A stretch of 64,000 nt of DNA from an uncultured Acidimicrobiia bacterium (GTDB lineage Bacteria > Actinomycetota > Acidimicrobiia > Acidimicrobiales > AC-14), in assembly GCA_963836205.1 (NCBI GenBank), contig CAWIIV010000012.1, positions 1 to 64,000 of the forward strand. Direction: 5' to 3'. A program made the position numbers and the translations under genes. Below the pieces are notes generated by a model. The model did no database searches, was not told the DNA's origin, and saw only the letters and a list, made by a program, of their open reading frames with translations. Of this stretch, positions 40,101-51,178 are shown one piece after another; within the stretch, counting starts at the first letter, position 1, and every line of letters begins with the position of its first letter.

Positions 40101-40582
40101 CCAATGCCGCGTACGACCCCTGTGCGACCGCTACAGCCGGCTTCCCTGGCCTGACCGCTGGGGCTGTGGTCCTCGACCTGCCACTGGCGACGACGACGAG
40201 CGGTCCCGGAAGTGGAGCGGCGACCGCGTCGGTCGCGAATGTGAGGGTCCGGGGTTTGCTCGGGCTCGACGTCCGGGTGACCGGGCCGGTCCATGCCGAG
40301 GTCGATGCACGGTGCACCAATGGCGTCCCAGCGCTCTCAGGATCGTCCTCCGTGGGCAGGGTTGTGATCGCTGGCATCGCTCTAGTGCCGGTTGGCACCG
40401 ACCCGTTCCAGCTCCCCGTACCTGGTCTCGGGACGATCTACTTCAATCAGCACGAACGCTCGACGAACGGGTCGACGGTGGACGACACCATCACCCAGAG
40501 AGCGGTCTTCTTCGACTCCACGACCCCACTCCTGCCCGATCTCGTGGTCGGTCAGGTCACCGCCTCGGTGCGGAACTGCTGA
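37184..40582 (+). CDS. Large secreted alpha/beta-hydrolase (lipase/PGAP1-like) with Ig-like domains
   Basis: Signal peptide, MVHGY, AHSKGG nucleophile elbow, LGTPNGG, DxxxxG Ca-type loops; start uncertain. Confidence 0.8.
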   Translation: MPVRRPRRNGVQVAERRRVSTGRHGQRRLATRALAILMGVLAAQATPALSSAALAQVSAGERPPVRSVQAGASGLAAAAAGPGETDVYLDQGGNAVYRVDDGYNLDQYLGRSESPINFSIDLNRDLGPVDSTGHPVAGNALFGKTARISLRAFDVDDKTVVSGVASERDLTTVNGEILESPLAGADNQWNINTLRFSANELRLPTPSNPTGRNDFEVLVDTANSGADVWKVEVDWAELRLSTEVVPIAMVHGYNGAAADFTAGSRLLPFYERFVPGLDGRAIATAGSRRGSIQQNTQVLDDAISDLLRSSGADRVNLLAHSKGGLESRLFIFDHPDKVDKLVMLGTPNGGTKLADIACAFGAQIFGIPTNPVGVIVKSQFGNCNGPQDGLYQLQPSYVLKTFNKNTPDQRQVFYGTIAGTKNGPASALLDSPDNDSFVTVGSVEYLSRDDPAHRGLHNPLDLFFVNHSGLIVDSNPPGTRAMCVHYESTCGVAGVSANVAASGPAPVTAAASVSFETAAAKAATVPAAGGSVDVALSFESASRALITIVGSGAGGGLGGSFGSTPLEVTEVLGIPVLAATLTAPANGSLRLTNTTGSPIDAAVIVAPETQRRMAVAATPSLVPSGQPVTIAASVSDAVPTDAPRVQVRDESGAVVADATGTNGTINLTFTPPHGGAYLVVAEVDGPRPRRATDTFAVAAGGASIAGGFTEATPDDNGNGLADALVIRTTANATTPGPYRVAARLVDANGMPVTATGVRVNLVAGAQSVELRFDGKAIYDSGLSGPYRVVDVALSRDDASLTQEQQVALLGTTTAYDYRQFEHFQVEIDRDGFSDRGIDTSGDGQFDVLEVTGHVRVDGGGAHAVNARLVASNGTEVGRFQAEASFVAGSNTVTLTFPFQAIRAVGLDGPYTVEDLSIYPLADADRLGYLLTAHVTQPYRLAPPASSCRAAVIRVGGASILNIGGSTALELVPANAAYDPCATATAGFPGLTAGAVVLDLPLATTTSGPGSGAATASVANVRVRGLLGLDVRVTGPVHAEVDARCTNGVPALSGSSSVGRVVIAGIALVPVGTDPFQLPVPGLGTIYFNQHERSTNGSTVDDTITQRAVFFDSTTPLLPDLVVGQVTASVRNC

Positions 40583-40603
40583 GACCTCACCCATCCGCGA
40601 GGG

Positions 40604-40930
40604 CGGCGCAAGAAGGACGGCAAGGACCAGGGCGCCGTGTTCGTCAACGTGGTGGCCTACGGCGGCCAGGCGACGGCGTCGAACGACTACTTGACCAAGG
40701 GCCGCCAGGTCGCCATCAGCGGCCTCCTCGAGTACCGGGAGTGGACCGGCGGCGACGGCAGCCCCCACTCCATGCACGAGGTGGTGGCAGACCACGTCGA
40801 GTTCCTCGCCTAGGTCAACGGCACCAGCTCCGCACCGGCTCCCGACGCCGAGCCGGGCGAGGAGCCCTACTGAGACGGGCCCCGGCGGTGGGCGGGGCGC
40901 CCCGGCGCCCCGCTCATCGCGTGGTCCGAG
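40604..40930 (+). pseudogene. ssb: Partial duplicate of ssb (3' part and downstream hairpin) with nonsense codon
   Basis: Near-identical to 47082-47408; CAG>TAG at 40811. Confidence 0.9.
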
Positions 40931-41481
40931 CCAGATTGAGTAGTACCTGATGAGCAGGGAAAGACGCTACGGGCGGATGGCATCGGACAGCGGGCCGGGC
41001 CGACGATTGCCTGCTCTTGGCCCACCCGTAGGTGGAGGGGGCGACCCCTGGCGCTCTGCAAGGCGCATATTTGAGATGACACTGGAGGTTGAGCGGGTGA
41101 GCGCGTCGGCGGAGATGGAGGCGGCAGCGCCGCCTATGCGAAAGCGGTTCGCAACCTTCTGTCGCAGCCAGGCCCGGGGCCGAGCCGAGCCCGGGTGCTC
41201 CTCCGCAGCCGACGCGCTGGCCGATGGCGCCGAAGCGCTGCTAACGCTTTCCGACGCTGTGACGGAAGCGGCTCCCGGCTCCAGGTGGATCTGCAGTCCG
41301 TTGAACCCGACGTCCGCGACGACTCAGGGAGGAGGACCTCCGACCACATTCTCAGCCATTCAAGAAGTCTGAAGAGTTCGTTCACACGAAACTAAGGGTG
41401 TTTTGAACAGATGGGAGTTCCGCGGCGCTCAACAGGTCCCAGGGATCCTCTAGACTCTGGCAGCACTCTGAAGTCTGCCGC

Positions 41482-42355
41482 ATGGTTCTACCGCTCCCTT
41501 GGAGCCATTTAGTCCCGTCGGCATCCCTCGCTGCGCTTGGTTATCGGATAGGATGGAAGCGTACTGATGTTCTAGCGTGTTCCTTGGGTTTCGATGCTGC
41601 CGTCCTGGACTTCTCGCCCCAGGATTATATTCTGCGGAGTGCCGATCTACTTCTTCCGCCTCTAGGAATTGTAGCCGTTGGCTTGCTCATTTTGATATTG
41701 GTTCATCTCGCCATCATTAAACACACCAACCACGGACGACACATGACGCTGTTTCGACTTAGCGCCCTCGTGATGGTCATCGGCGGGAGTATTCTTGTCG
41801 GTCGCCTTCGCTTTCGTCCTGCCGTTCCTTGACGGGTATGCGCGTTTTCGCCATACCGGCGAGCCAGAAGTGTCCCCCAACTATACGCCGCTCCTTGCGA
41901 CTGTCCTCGGCGTCCTAGCAGCGTGTTACGGTTGCGTTTTGCATCGCCGGTTGAGCCCCAATGCGCCGGTCTGGCGCGACGCTCGCGCGGCTGCCTGGAT
42001 GGTTTTCCCCGCTCTTTGTCTGATCGGGCTGCTTTCGCTGTTGACTATTACGGAAATCTATGCTGCCACAGCGGCACACCGCCAGGCCCACGCGCTGCGA
42101 ACTCGCCCGGGTGCACTCGAATCGGTAGTTGTAACGAGTAAGAACCGTCTTGGCCTCTTTAGAGATGGGATGGGCGAGGAGTACTTTGGCAGCGCCTCGG
42201 ACGGCCCGTCGGACTTCAAGTACCGGTACTCCGGGTTGCGATTGGTAATACGATCCGGGCCGACGTTTGTCTTGCTCCCAGAAGACGGTCGGAAAGAGGA
42301 CCCGACAGTAGTCGTACCAACGGCGGATAGTAGTATTAGAGTCGATTTCGGATAG
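41482..42355 (+). pseudogene. Lower-GC membrane protein, frameshifted
   Basis: GW.RT..LGFD...L.FSPQDYILRS continuing in ORF 41795-42355; visibly AT-richer than flanks. Confidence 0.55.
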
Positions 42356-42446
42356 TGCCGTGCATTCGCTGGCCAAAAAGCGACGGGCCCGTCGTCATCT
42401 CGAGTCCCATCGGCGACCAGTCATTGCCGGCCATGCTCAACTAGTC

Positions 42447-45400
42447 TCAGCCGGATTCTGGCCGAGCAGCTTTCGTCATAGCGGGATCCTCGACCACGGT
42501 CGAGAACGGGGAGAGGTAGAACGAGAAGCGGGCCACACGTGGGGCCCAAAGCTGGAACGGCTCAAGCCGGTCGATCTTCATTGCAGGTACGACAGCCTGA
42601 AGCCCTCGAGCGGCGCCTTTCCAGTCATCGATATCCAGGCGGGGGATCTGACCTAGCACGCCGTTTCGCCAATGCCGCCCGTCACTTGTCAGCCGAGGCT
42701 CCAGATGGGCGACGAACGTCGACCATGTCTCGCTTGCTTCTCGACCAAGCAAGCCTGAAGCGCCGTCGTCGACACGCTCGGGATCGCCCCAGCAAACGAG
42801 ACCGTAGAGACGCGGATAGCCGGTCAACAGCCCGAGAAGCACGGCGACCACCTCGTGCTCACCCGCGAGGAACCGTGACGCAAGACCGAGGTCTCGCGTC
42901 GCTCGAAGCATTCGGTAGATGTTCAACATCCGTTTCGCCGCGGCGGGGTACGAACAAGAGGGGCCAAGGCTGCGAGCACGTCGACCTCCGCCGGCGTGAG
43001 GTCGAGACGCCGTGGCGGCGGTCCGCCCTCGGCCATGGAGGCGACGACAGATCCGGGCTCAGCGCTTATCGCAGTGAGCTCGGGCGCTAGGCCCGTACCT
43101 TCGCCGGCCGAGCTGGCCTCGATTCCTAGCTCAGGGACCTCTTGGGCTTCGTCGCCCACGATCGCCCCATCAGCTCCGAGCCCCTCGTGTGTTCGGGGAC
43201 GCTCCGCCGTAGGTTCGGCCGGGTCGACCCCGGGCCGAAGCAGGCTCGCCAGCAGCGTTCGGTACCCCGCCGCGCTCATGCTCGGTAGCACGAAGGGAAT
43301 CTGGAAGATCTTCTCCAGGTAGTTCTGTGGTGTGGACTCCCAGTACCGCCCGTCCCGTGCGCTGTCTCCCGATGTAGCCCCGCGGCCGCCGCCGCTCGTG
43401 AGGACGCCGCGGAAATGCTGCTGCAAGGATCGCAGAAGCCACCGCGGGTCAACCCCCACAACGACGACGAACAGCTCCATAGCAAGCAGCAGATGCACGG
43501 CCTCGAGTACTTCAACGACGCGCGCCGGCGGGCACCGGTCGAGGTCGTCGACGTAAAGAACGATTCGATCGATAGCGGGTAGCGGGCCTGTTCCCCGCTT
43601 GTGCTCCTCGACAGCGGCACGCAGCCCCTCGGTCAGCTCCTCAAAGTCCCGCCGTACGACTGATACGACGCCCAGCTGGCGCCGGTAGTCGGTACTCGCA
43701 CTCCGCTCCGCAATGAACTGCTGGAGGCGGCGGCCAGCAGACAAGTCCAACAGCTGACGACTCAGGGTTTCGGCTTGGGCCCGTGCGTCCACGCCCTTCG
43801 ATTCGAGGTCGCGCCCTTCGGTTCGCGCCGCGTTGATGTCCGCCTGGAGTCGGTCGACTTCCGCGGCGCGTTGCTCCACCGTGGTCGCCCTTACGTTGTC
43901 TGCAACCTCGATGATTGTCTCGACTTGCACAAGCGCGCCGCGGACTGCCGCCGTCCGCCTCTGGAGAGCGGCAGCAAGTCGGCCGGCGACCGCGACCGCT
44001 GTTATCAGTGGCGCGACCGAAAGAGCCTTAAGCGCACCGGGGACCACTAGCACCACGAGGACGAAGACGGCCAGCGCGCAGAGGGTCAGCAGCAAAGCGC
44101 GGCGTCGGCCTCGATCACGCCAGGCGTCTCGGACGGTACCGGCGTCGGCGAGCAGGCTGCGAAGCTCGCCGGCAAGGGCGTGAAAATCGTCCAGCGCTGC
44201 GGTGATACCGAGCCCGGCAACAGCGGCATCGAGCTTTGTCGTCTGGCGGTGAACACGGGGGTTGGCGAGCACAGCCTTAGCGATGTCCGTGGCCCGAATT
44301 CCATCGAGTGTCCTCCGGGCGATCTCCTCGCGATCGCGAGCGGCCTCAAGCTGGCGCTCAATCTCCTCCGCCCGCCGTGTAGACGCCTCTATGGCGACTT
44401 CCATCTGTGTTGCCAGCTCGCGGTAGACACTCAGTTGATGGAGCAGGCTACGACGCAGTTCGGCCCGCTCCTCGGCCGGTCGCTCCTGGCCACCCCCCAG
44501 CTCGTCGAAGATCTGCACGGCAAGCGAAGCCCATAGGTTGGCATCCGCATAGTGCCAGGCGTTGAACCGGATCTGGACAATCTCCGAGCAGTACGGGCTC
44601 TTGCGACCGACAGCGCGGTCAACGGCAGCGCCCGCGGCGAGGCTGTCAAGGCGCTGCTGCATCAGCGCCATGAAGTAGCTCTTTCCGGATCCCCACTCAC
44701 CGAAGAGACCTACCGACAGGGGCAACGGAGTGTCGGCCGCAGCTATAACCGCGCAGAGCATTCCGATGTACGTGTCGACGTCGAGTTGGTCGACCAGAGG
44801 CTTGTCGGATCGCAGGACGACGAGATCGCTGTCGACGTTGCCGACGAGCACGGGCTCGGGCTCGACTGCGAGTGGGCGTTCCTCGATCGTGCCCAGATTG
44901 GGAAGCGGCAGGGTTGCAAAGTCGCGGAGGAGGTCGACGCCCTCTTCAATTGCCGCTTCGGCCGTGTCGCGTCGCCCCGCCCGTCTGTAGTGGTTGCCGA
45001 GGCTGATGAGGGCCGTGGCCAGGTAGGAGGTGAGCTCGGCGTCGTCGGCGACCAGCGCACGGAAGAGGCTTACCGCCTCCTCGGCCGCCGCCGCCGCCTC
45101 CTGAAGCCTTCCCAGGTCGCCGTAGCGGTTGCCGAGCTCGTGGAGTGCCGACGCCAGGTCGCGGAGGAAGTCGGAGCTGTCGGCGGCCAGCTGTCGGTAC
45201 AGAGCCACTGCCTCTGCGGAAGGCGCGACCGCATCATCTGGGCGTCCCGCCTTGGCGAGGGCTTTGCCCCGGAGACTGACCGACAAGGCCAGGTCACGGA
45301 CGGAGGTGGTGGGGTCCACAGTCGTCGCCGTGAACCGAGACGCCCCAGCTCCCTCGTCGGGCTCGAGTGCCCGGTCACCCACCATCTGCTGAGACGGGTC

Positions 45401-46126
45401 TGCAACTTGGAGGGATGGCTCTGCCTCGCCTTCGCTGGCCCCTACCGACGCAGCCTCCAGTGTCCGAGACTCGACGAGTGCTTGGTACAGCGCCATCTCC
45501 AACTGCTCTGGTGACCGGAACGTGCCTACGGCGGCCGAGTCGAGGACGCGATGGCGGAACGCCTCTTGCCGATCTTGGTGGACGGGGTCGAAGAATTGGA
45601 AGGGCACCTCGGCCAGCTCGTCGAGGAGGAAGATCAGCCGTGGTAACCCAGCTTTGGTGGCCGCGTCGAACTCGAGTTCCATGTAGGAGAGTTCTGGACG
45701 GTCTCGGACGGCCGAGCCGTAACGGAAGCCCAAGAGTCCTACATAGAGGTCGGATTCGAGCACCTCGCGACTGACTTGGTCGGCGGCGGACGTGCCTTCC
45801 CTGGGGGCAAGGTCCATGGTTCGGACGATGGCGCCCGCTCGAGCAACCGCGTCCGTGGCGGCCGTGACGAAGGAACGTTCCGGAGGGAACTCGCGGAACT
45901 CGCTCGTGTAACTGAGGAACACCCGCCGCGGTTCCACCAGTTGGAGAGGGTATGCGACCGGGGCAACATCGCGCCTCGGACGAGCATGTACCGGCAGCGT
46001 TCGCGAGAATCCGGTGGTGCCGAGAGTCGGCGAGACGAAGGCGGGCCATTTCGCCCTCGGGCGCACCGGAATAGAAGCGTGGCGCAGCTCGGGACTCCGG
46101 CGCAGACAAGGTTCGGCGGGTATCAC
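42447..46126 (-). CDS. DUF4062-like + TPR + KAP-family P-loop NTPase; frameshift near 42935
   Basis: RVFLSYTSE..DLYVGLLGFRYGS..ELEFDAA; TPRs; GEWGSGKS, FNAWHY, two TMs, YVDDLDRC, YLEKIFQIPF; C-terminus continues in 42447-42929; start uncertain. Confidence 0.85.
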
Positions 46127-46982
46127 CCCGGCACGGTGCGGGCCCTGCAGGAGTCGACTCAGCAGGGTTCGGGATCGATCGCCTCGTACCTATTGACGAC
46201 GGGACGGATCTCCTCCATGTAGGGGTGGACTTCATCGTCCGCGGTCATTAGTTAGGTCCGGGTCGCTCGTGTCCCAATCCCATTCCGAATCGATCAACTG
46301 AGGGCGTCACTGAGCAGACACTGAGCCGCGGCAGTGCCAGCGGCGTGGCGCCGATGGCTCACGACCCCGACAGACACCGGCGGAATGGTCTCCAGTAGGA
46401 CTCCTCTACGACCCGACAGCGGGGTTCGGTTCGGAACCTGATGCCGGTCGACCCTGGCGAGAAACCCGCCGCCCCCGTCCGCCCTGGCCACCTCGTTCCC
46501 TGAGCCGGGTCTGCCGTCCTCGCCGACCGATCAGCTCCCGGTCCTCTCCGCGTCGCGGAGGGCGATGCCTGCCACCCCCGTGGCCAGCAGCCAGTCGCCA
46601 GCGACGCCGACCGCCCGTATGCCACCACGTCGAGTTCGAACATCCAGACGCCCTGTCCGTCGCCCTCCAGTCCAGCGCCGTCCTCCGGCGCCAGGCGCAT
46701 CCAGCAGCGACCGCGACGTACTCGCCCCGTAGATCCCGTCGGCGCGGGGCCAGCGGGCTGAGCCAGCCACGGGGGTAGGCGGCGGTTCACGGGGAGGGCT
46801 CCCGTCGTGATCTGAGCTCCGAAGCCACTTCAGGCTGGCACAGCCCGTGCCGGGCGCAAGTGCTGGTCCGTGGCTCCGCCAGCTCCGCTACTCCCAGGCC
46901 TGCGGCAGACCCTTGCCCCCGCCCCTTTGGGCCGCGCCGGCCGAGCGGCGATCGGAACCCCGATCACGAAGGGAGCACACCC

Positions 46983-47351
46983 ATGAACAGCATCAACCTC
47001 ATCGGCCGACTGACCCGAGACCCCGAGCTCGACGAGACCAAGGGCGGAACCGCGGTCTGCCGGATGCGCCTGGCCATCCCCCGGCGCAAGAAGGACGGCA
47101 AGGACCAGGGCGCCGTGTTCGTCAACGTGGTGGCCTACGGCGGCCAGGCGACGGCGTCGAACGACTACTTGACCAAGGGCCGCCAGGTCGCCATCAGCGG
47201 CCGCCTCGAGTACCGGGAGTGGACCGGCGGCGACGGCAGCCCCCACTCCATGCACGAGGTGGTGGCGGACCACGTCGAGTTCCTCGCCCAGGTCAACGGC
47301 ACCAGCTCCGCACCGGCTCCCGACGCCGAGCCGGGCGAGGAGCCCTACTGA
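46983..47351 (+). CDS. ssb: Single-stranded DNA-binding protein
   Basis: MNSINLIGRLTRDPEL, YLTKGRQVAISGRL, acidic tail EEPY. Confidence 0.95.
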   Translation: MNSINLIGRLTRDPELDETKGGTAVCRMRLAIPRRKKDGKDQGAVFVNVVAYGGQATASNDYLTKGRQVAISGRLEYREWTGGDGSPHSMHEVVADHVEFLAQVNGTSSAPAPDAEPGEEPY

Positions 47352-47620
47352 GACGGTCCTCGGCGATGGGCGGGGCGCCCCGGCGCCCCGCTCATCGCGT
47401 CGTCCGAGTGGCCCTGCCAAGCTTCAGCACGGCCCGGCCAACGGCGCGCCCGCCGGTGCCGTTACGGGTGCCCCCGCGATCCATCGCCTCGCCCACGCGA
47501 GAGGCCCATGACGGATCCAGCAGGGACGGTGCCGACGGCGCTAGACAGCCCAACGCGGCCTCCTCCTTGCGGCGAGCCCCGTCCCGGCCTCTACCCCCAC
47601 TATGCCGCCGGGCCCTCCAT

Positions 47621-47689
47621 GGCCGGTCAAGGTCGTTCGGCGGCCGACCCCGGAGGGGACCCCCGCCCGGCGCTCCACCTTGACCGGCC
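47621..47689. promoter_or_regulatory. Hairpin element (putative ssDNA promoter) 1
   Basis: Perfect 13-bp IR ggccggtcaaggt / accttgaccggcc upstream of AGGAGG RBS. Confidence 0.55.
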
Positions 47690-47753
47690 CGAGCCCGGCG
47701 GACTGAGGCGGGGCCGGCCGGGCCAACGGGGCCCGCCGCAAAGGAGGTCCCGC

Positions 47754-47975
47754 ATGTACGTCATCCGCCTCGCCCATCCCTGCGGAACCATCGTCGTCCT
47801 CAAGACCGGCGGCCGTCGCATCGGGGGCGAGCTCGTCAGCTGGGGCGCCTACTACATCGGTCAGGCGGCCATCACCCACTGCCCCGGGTGCGGGGAGTGG
47901 CTGGGCAACGCCTTCGTCGCCGCCAAGGTCATGATCGAGCCCTCGCCCCACACCACGTCCCGGTGCGGTCGGTGA
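47754..47975 (+). CDS. Small Cys/His (zinc-ribbon-like) protein
   Basis: AGGAGG RBS; HPCG and CPGCG. Confidence 0.6.
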   Translation: MYVIRLAHPCGTIVVLKTGGRRIGGELVSWGAYYIGQAAITHCPGCGEWLGNAFVAAKVMIEPSPHTTSRCGR

Positions 47976-48098
47976 GCCGGACCGTTTTACCTGCTGCACT
48001 TCGAGCAGCGCCTACATCACGCCGGGCACTACCTCGGCTCGCCCGACGACGATCTCGAGCTGGCCAAGAGGTCGCCGAACCCGCCACGCGCTCGGTAG
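47972..48098 (+). pseudogene. GIY-YIG-like nuclease N-terminal remnant
   Basis: With a 1-nt shift reads V-YLLHFEQRLHHAGHYLGS, then stops early. Confidence 0.5.
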
Positions 48099-48819
48099 AT
48101 CGTTAGTAGGGGGACGCGCGGGGCCTATGGGGGGGAGAAGGTCCCCGCATTGGTGGCGCGGCCCTGGGCAGGCGAGTCATCTTGTTCGCAGACAATTTCA
48201 GGAGGCAACGGTTCGTGGTGAGAGTTCACAGAGCGCCCTGCAATGCCAGGGTGAGGGACTGCCAATCATGCGGGTTCGGTTACGCGGACCTGAAGCCGAC
48301 GATTCCCAGTGCCTATCCCAGAGGCGCCATGGTCGTCGTGGCCGTGCTCGGTCTCACCGTCGCCTTGGTGGTTGCCAGCTCCACCGGCTCTGCTGGCCTG
48401 GCCGCGCTGGCCGGTGCGATACATGCCCTCGCTCACTTGCTCGCGACGCTTGGACGTGGATCTTCAACGGCTCCATCTCCGCGAAGGTGCCACTACAACA
48501 TGCGATCCCGCCGGATCAGACGGCGATGCATCGCCCTGGCGCTCTGCCGCGGCCGCAGGACGCTTCCGGCTGTCGGAAGGTGCGCCGGTCTCCGCTGCGC
48601 CGCGGGCCAGCACTGCCGGCCCTGCCAGGCCACGAGGGTGAACTGCTGTCCAACGCGCCGGCGGGCGGGCATGGGCGGGACCACGTCGAATCCCTCTGAT
48701 ACCGGCGAGTCGACGTCGCCCACGCTGCGTAGGACTCAGACGCGTCCGGTCACGCCGGCGCCAAGCTCCGAGCAGCCAGCGTGGCCCCGCCGGGGCCACG
48801 GGGGAGGCCGGCACCGGGC

Positions 48820-49170
48820 CTCCCCCTCGCTCGCTGCGCTCGCTCCCCCTCCCCGAGTAGGAAGGTTCTTTTTCACGGGGCTGACCATTCCGCAGCCCTG
48901 TATTGCTGACGCCCGCAACGGGCCTGGCGGCCCGGCGGGCGCGCTGGAGGAGCTGCTGTAGCGGACCCGGGGCACCCCGCCGTCAAGGCCCGCTCCGGCC
49001 CTCATTCCGGCCGGGAACGACGCCTCGACATCGCCGACACCTCACAGCAACCGCCGACCCCCCGGCCTCCACTGCGGCCCTGCGCTCTGCGGCCTTGACT
49101 GCCGCCCCGGGCCCGCTGGAACGGGCACATCCCGAGAACGACTCGGGAGCTTGACCCCTGGAGGTCCGCC
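48820..49170. promoter_or_regulatory. Conserved upstream repeat / hairpin element 2
   Basis: Homologous to 51280-51654; gtcaaggcc (48982) / ggccttgac (49091) IR. Confidence 0.6.
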
Positions 49171-49617
49171 ATGTCCGCCCCCGTCCCCTTCGGCCCCGTC
49201 ATCACCGTCAGTGCCTGGCTCGACCCCGTCGTCGACGACCTCGGCTTCGACCCCACGTCGTCCTACGTGGAGTACCTCTGGCTGCCCCGCACCGGGCCCA
49301 GCGCGACCTGGTGCTACCGCCGTCTCACCGCCGGACTGCGCCCCGCCGACCAGCCCTACCAGCTCGAGCTCGCCTTCCTGGCCCAGGCGCTCGGCCTTGG
49401 CGTCGGTACCGCCCGCAACTCGCCCATCCAGAGGACGCTCCAGCGACTGGTCACCTTCGGCCTCGCCCTCCAGATCAGCGAGAGCGAGCTGGCGGTGCGG
49501 CGGCGGGCCCCGTGGCTCACCTTGGCCAGCGTCAACCGACTCGACCCCCGCCTGCGACGAGTCCATGACGGTCTGCTGGCCGCCCGCCGCCCCGTCGGCG
49601 AGTCCCGGGCCAGCTAG
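49171..49617 (+). CDS. Hypothetical winged-helix protein (DnaB/DnaD N-terminal or Rep-like)
   Basis: GGAGG RBS; YVEYLWLP..GPSATW.YRRL..LAQALGL..RTLQRLV.FGL. Confidence 0.55.
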   Translation: MSAPVPFGPVITVSAWLDPVVDDLGFDPTSSYVEYLWLPRTGPSATWCYRRLTAGLRPADQPYQLELAFLAQALGLGVGTARNSPIQRTLQRLVTFGLALQISESELAVRRRAPWLTLASVNRLDPRLRRVHDGLLAARRPVGESRAS

Positions 49618-49718
49618 CAGCTCGCAGCGGCCGGGTCTCGTCGGGGAAGCGAGGCCCGGCCCTGCCCCCTTGCCCCTTCCCCCGTGCCACCCGGCCCACG
49701 CCCCCGGAGGTATCCACC

Positions 49719-50021
49719 ATGCCCACCACCACGGCAATGTTCGCGCCCGCCGCCGCTCGACCCCGGCCGGGCCCCATGAGCGCCACGCGGTATCGCCTCA
49801 GCGTCGCCGGCGGCCTCGTCGTGGCCCGCTCGCCCAACCTGCCCTTCCTCGCCGCCCAGTCCCGGGACCTCGTCCGGCGGGGCTACGCGGCCTGGCTGTG
49901 GGACGACCAGGGCCACTCGGTCCGCCTCAGCGCCCACGACGGCGCCATCCGCCTCACTTCCCCTCCCGACAGCACCGCCTGGCACGAGCGCTGCCAGGCC
50001 CTCATCCACGAACACCCCTAA
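49719..50021 (+). CDS. Hypothetical protein
   Basis: GGAGG RBS, GC3-rich codons. Confidence 0.5.
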   Translation: MPTTTAMFAPAAARPRPGPMSATRYRLSVAGGLVVARSPNLPFLAAQSRDLVRRGYAAWLWDDQGHSVRLSAHDGAIRLTSPPDSTAWHERCQALIHEHP

Positions 50022-50047
50022 GACCATCAAGAAGGAGAGACCAGCCC

Positions 50048-51178
50048 ATGTACCAGGACCTTCCCATCGACGTCGTCCGCCCCGCCGACGACAACCTGCG
50101 CCGCCGCGTGGGCGACGTGAGCGACATCGTGGCCACCATCCCCACCCACGGCATCCTCGAGCCGCTGGTGGTCGCACCCCAGGACGACGGCACCTACGTC
50201 ATCGTCGCCGGCCACCGCCGCTATGCCGCCGCCACCGAGGCCGGGCTGAGCATCCTGCCCTGCGTGGTCAGGCCCATGACCGACGAGGAGCGCACGCTGG
50301 CCGCCCTCGTCGAGAACGGCAGCCGCCAGGACCTGCACCCGAGCGAGGAGGCGACCGGCATCTCCCGGTTGTGCCAGGCCGGCTGGACCCTGACCCGCCT
50401 GGCCGAGGCCATCGGCCGCAGCCGCCGGCACGTCTCCGGCCGCCTGGCCCTGCTCGAGCTGCCGGCGTCGGTGCGCAAGCGCGTCGACAAGGGCACGCTC
50501 AGCATCGCCGACGCGGCCGAGCTGCTCAAGGCCAAGGACTACCCCGAGGCGTTCAAGCAGCTGTGCGCTGCCGCCGTCGCTGGCGAGCTGGGCGACGTCC
50601 GCTGGGCGGTGACGCATCCGCCGAGGCCAGCTGGGCGAGGTGCTGGAGCGGAGGCTGCCAAGGGCCGATCTGGTCCGGCTCGTCTTCGGCCAGTTCGTCC
50701 GCACCGCCAACCAGGCTCCGGCCAAATTCGCCTGCGAGCTACTCGGCATCGAGGCGCCGCCCGCCAGCGGCGACTTCTACGGCGGGGCGACCCGCAAGCT
50801 GTTGCTGCGCCACGCCGGCGACAGCGACGCCCGGCTCCAGCAGGTGGCGCTCGCCCTTGCCTTCGCCCTGGCCGAGGAGCGCATGATCGGCTCCTACGGG
50901 CACTGGGGCGCGGTCGAGGTCACCGCCCACTTCCGCTTCCTGACCGGCGTCGGCTACACGCTGTCGAGTTCGAGGAGGCGGAGCCGCACCGGGCGGCCGA
51001 CGCCCTCCAGGCCGACGCCGACCGCCGGCGGGAGTGGGTCGAACGGCGCCTCGTCGCCCAGGCAACGGCCGAGGAACACTCGGCCGGGGGCGACGCTGAC
51101 CCCGCCGTCATCGGCGCTTTCCCGACCGGCGACGTCGACCAGTCCGACGCCCACGACGTCGAGGCCAACCAAGCCTGA
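50048..51178 (+). pseudogene. parB: ParB/RepB/Spo0J-family protein, disrupted
   Basis: GILEPLVV, IVAGHRRYAA, VENGSRQDL.P.EEA, HTH; frame changes near 50615 and 50965. Confidence 0.8.

Noticed and set aside
48127-48961. ORFs 48127-48699 and 48182-48961
   Set aside because: Arg/Pro/Cys-rich composition, no recognisable motif, and they run into the conserved non-coding repeat.
49151-50047. 675-aa ORF as an N-terminally extended ParB
   Set aside because: The upstream part is low-complexity and overlaps two better ORFs; ParB has its own AAGGAG RBS and ATG at 50048.
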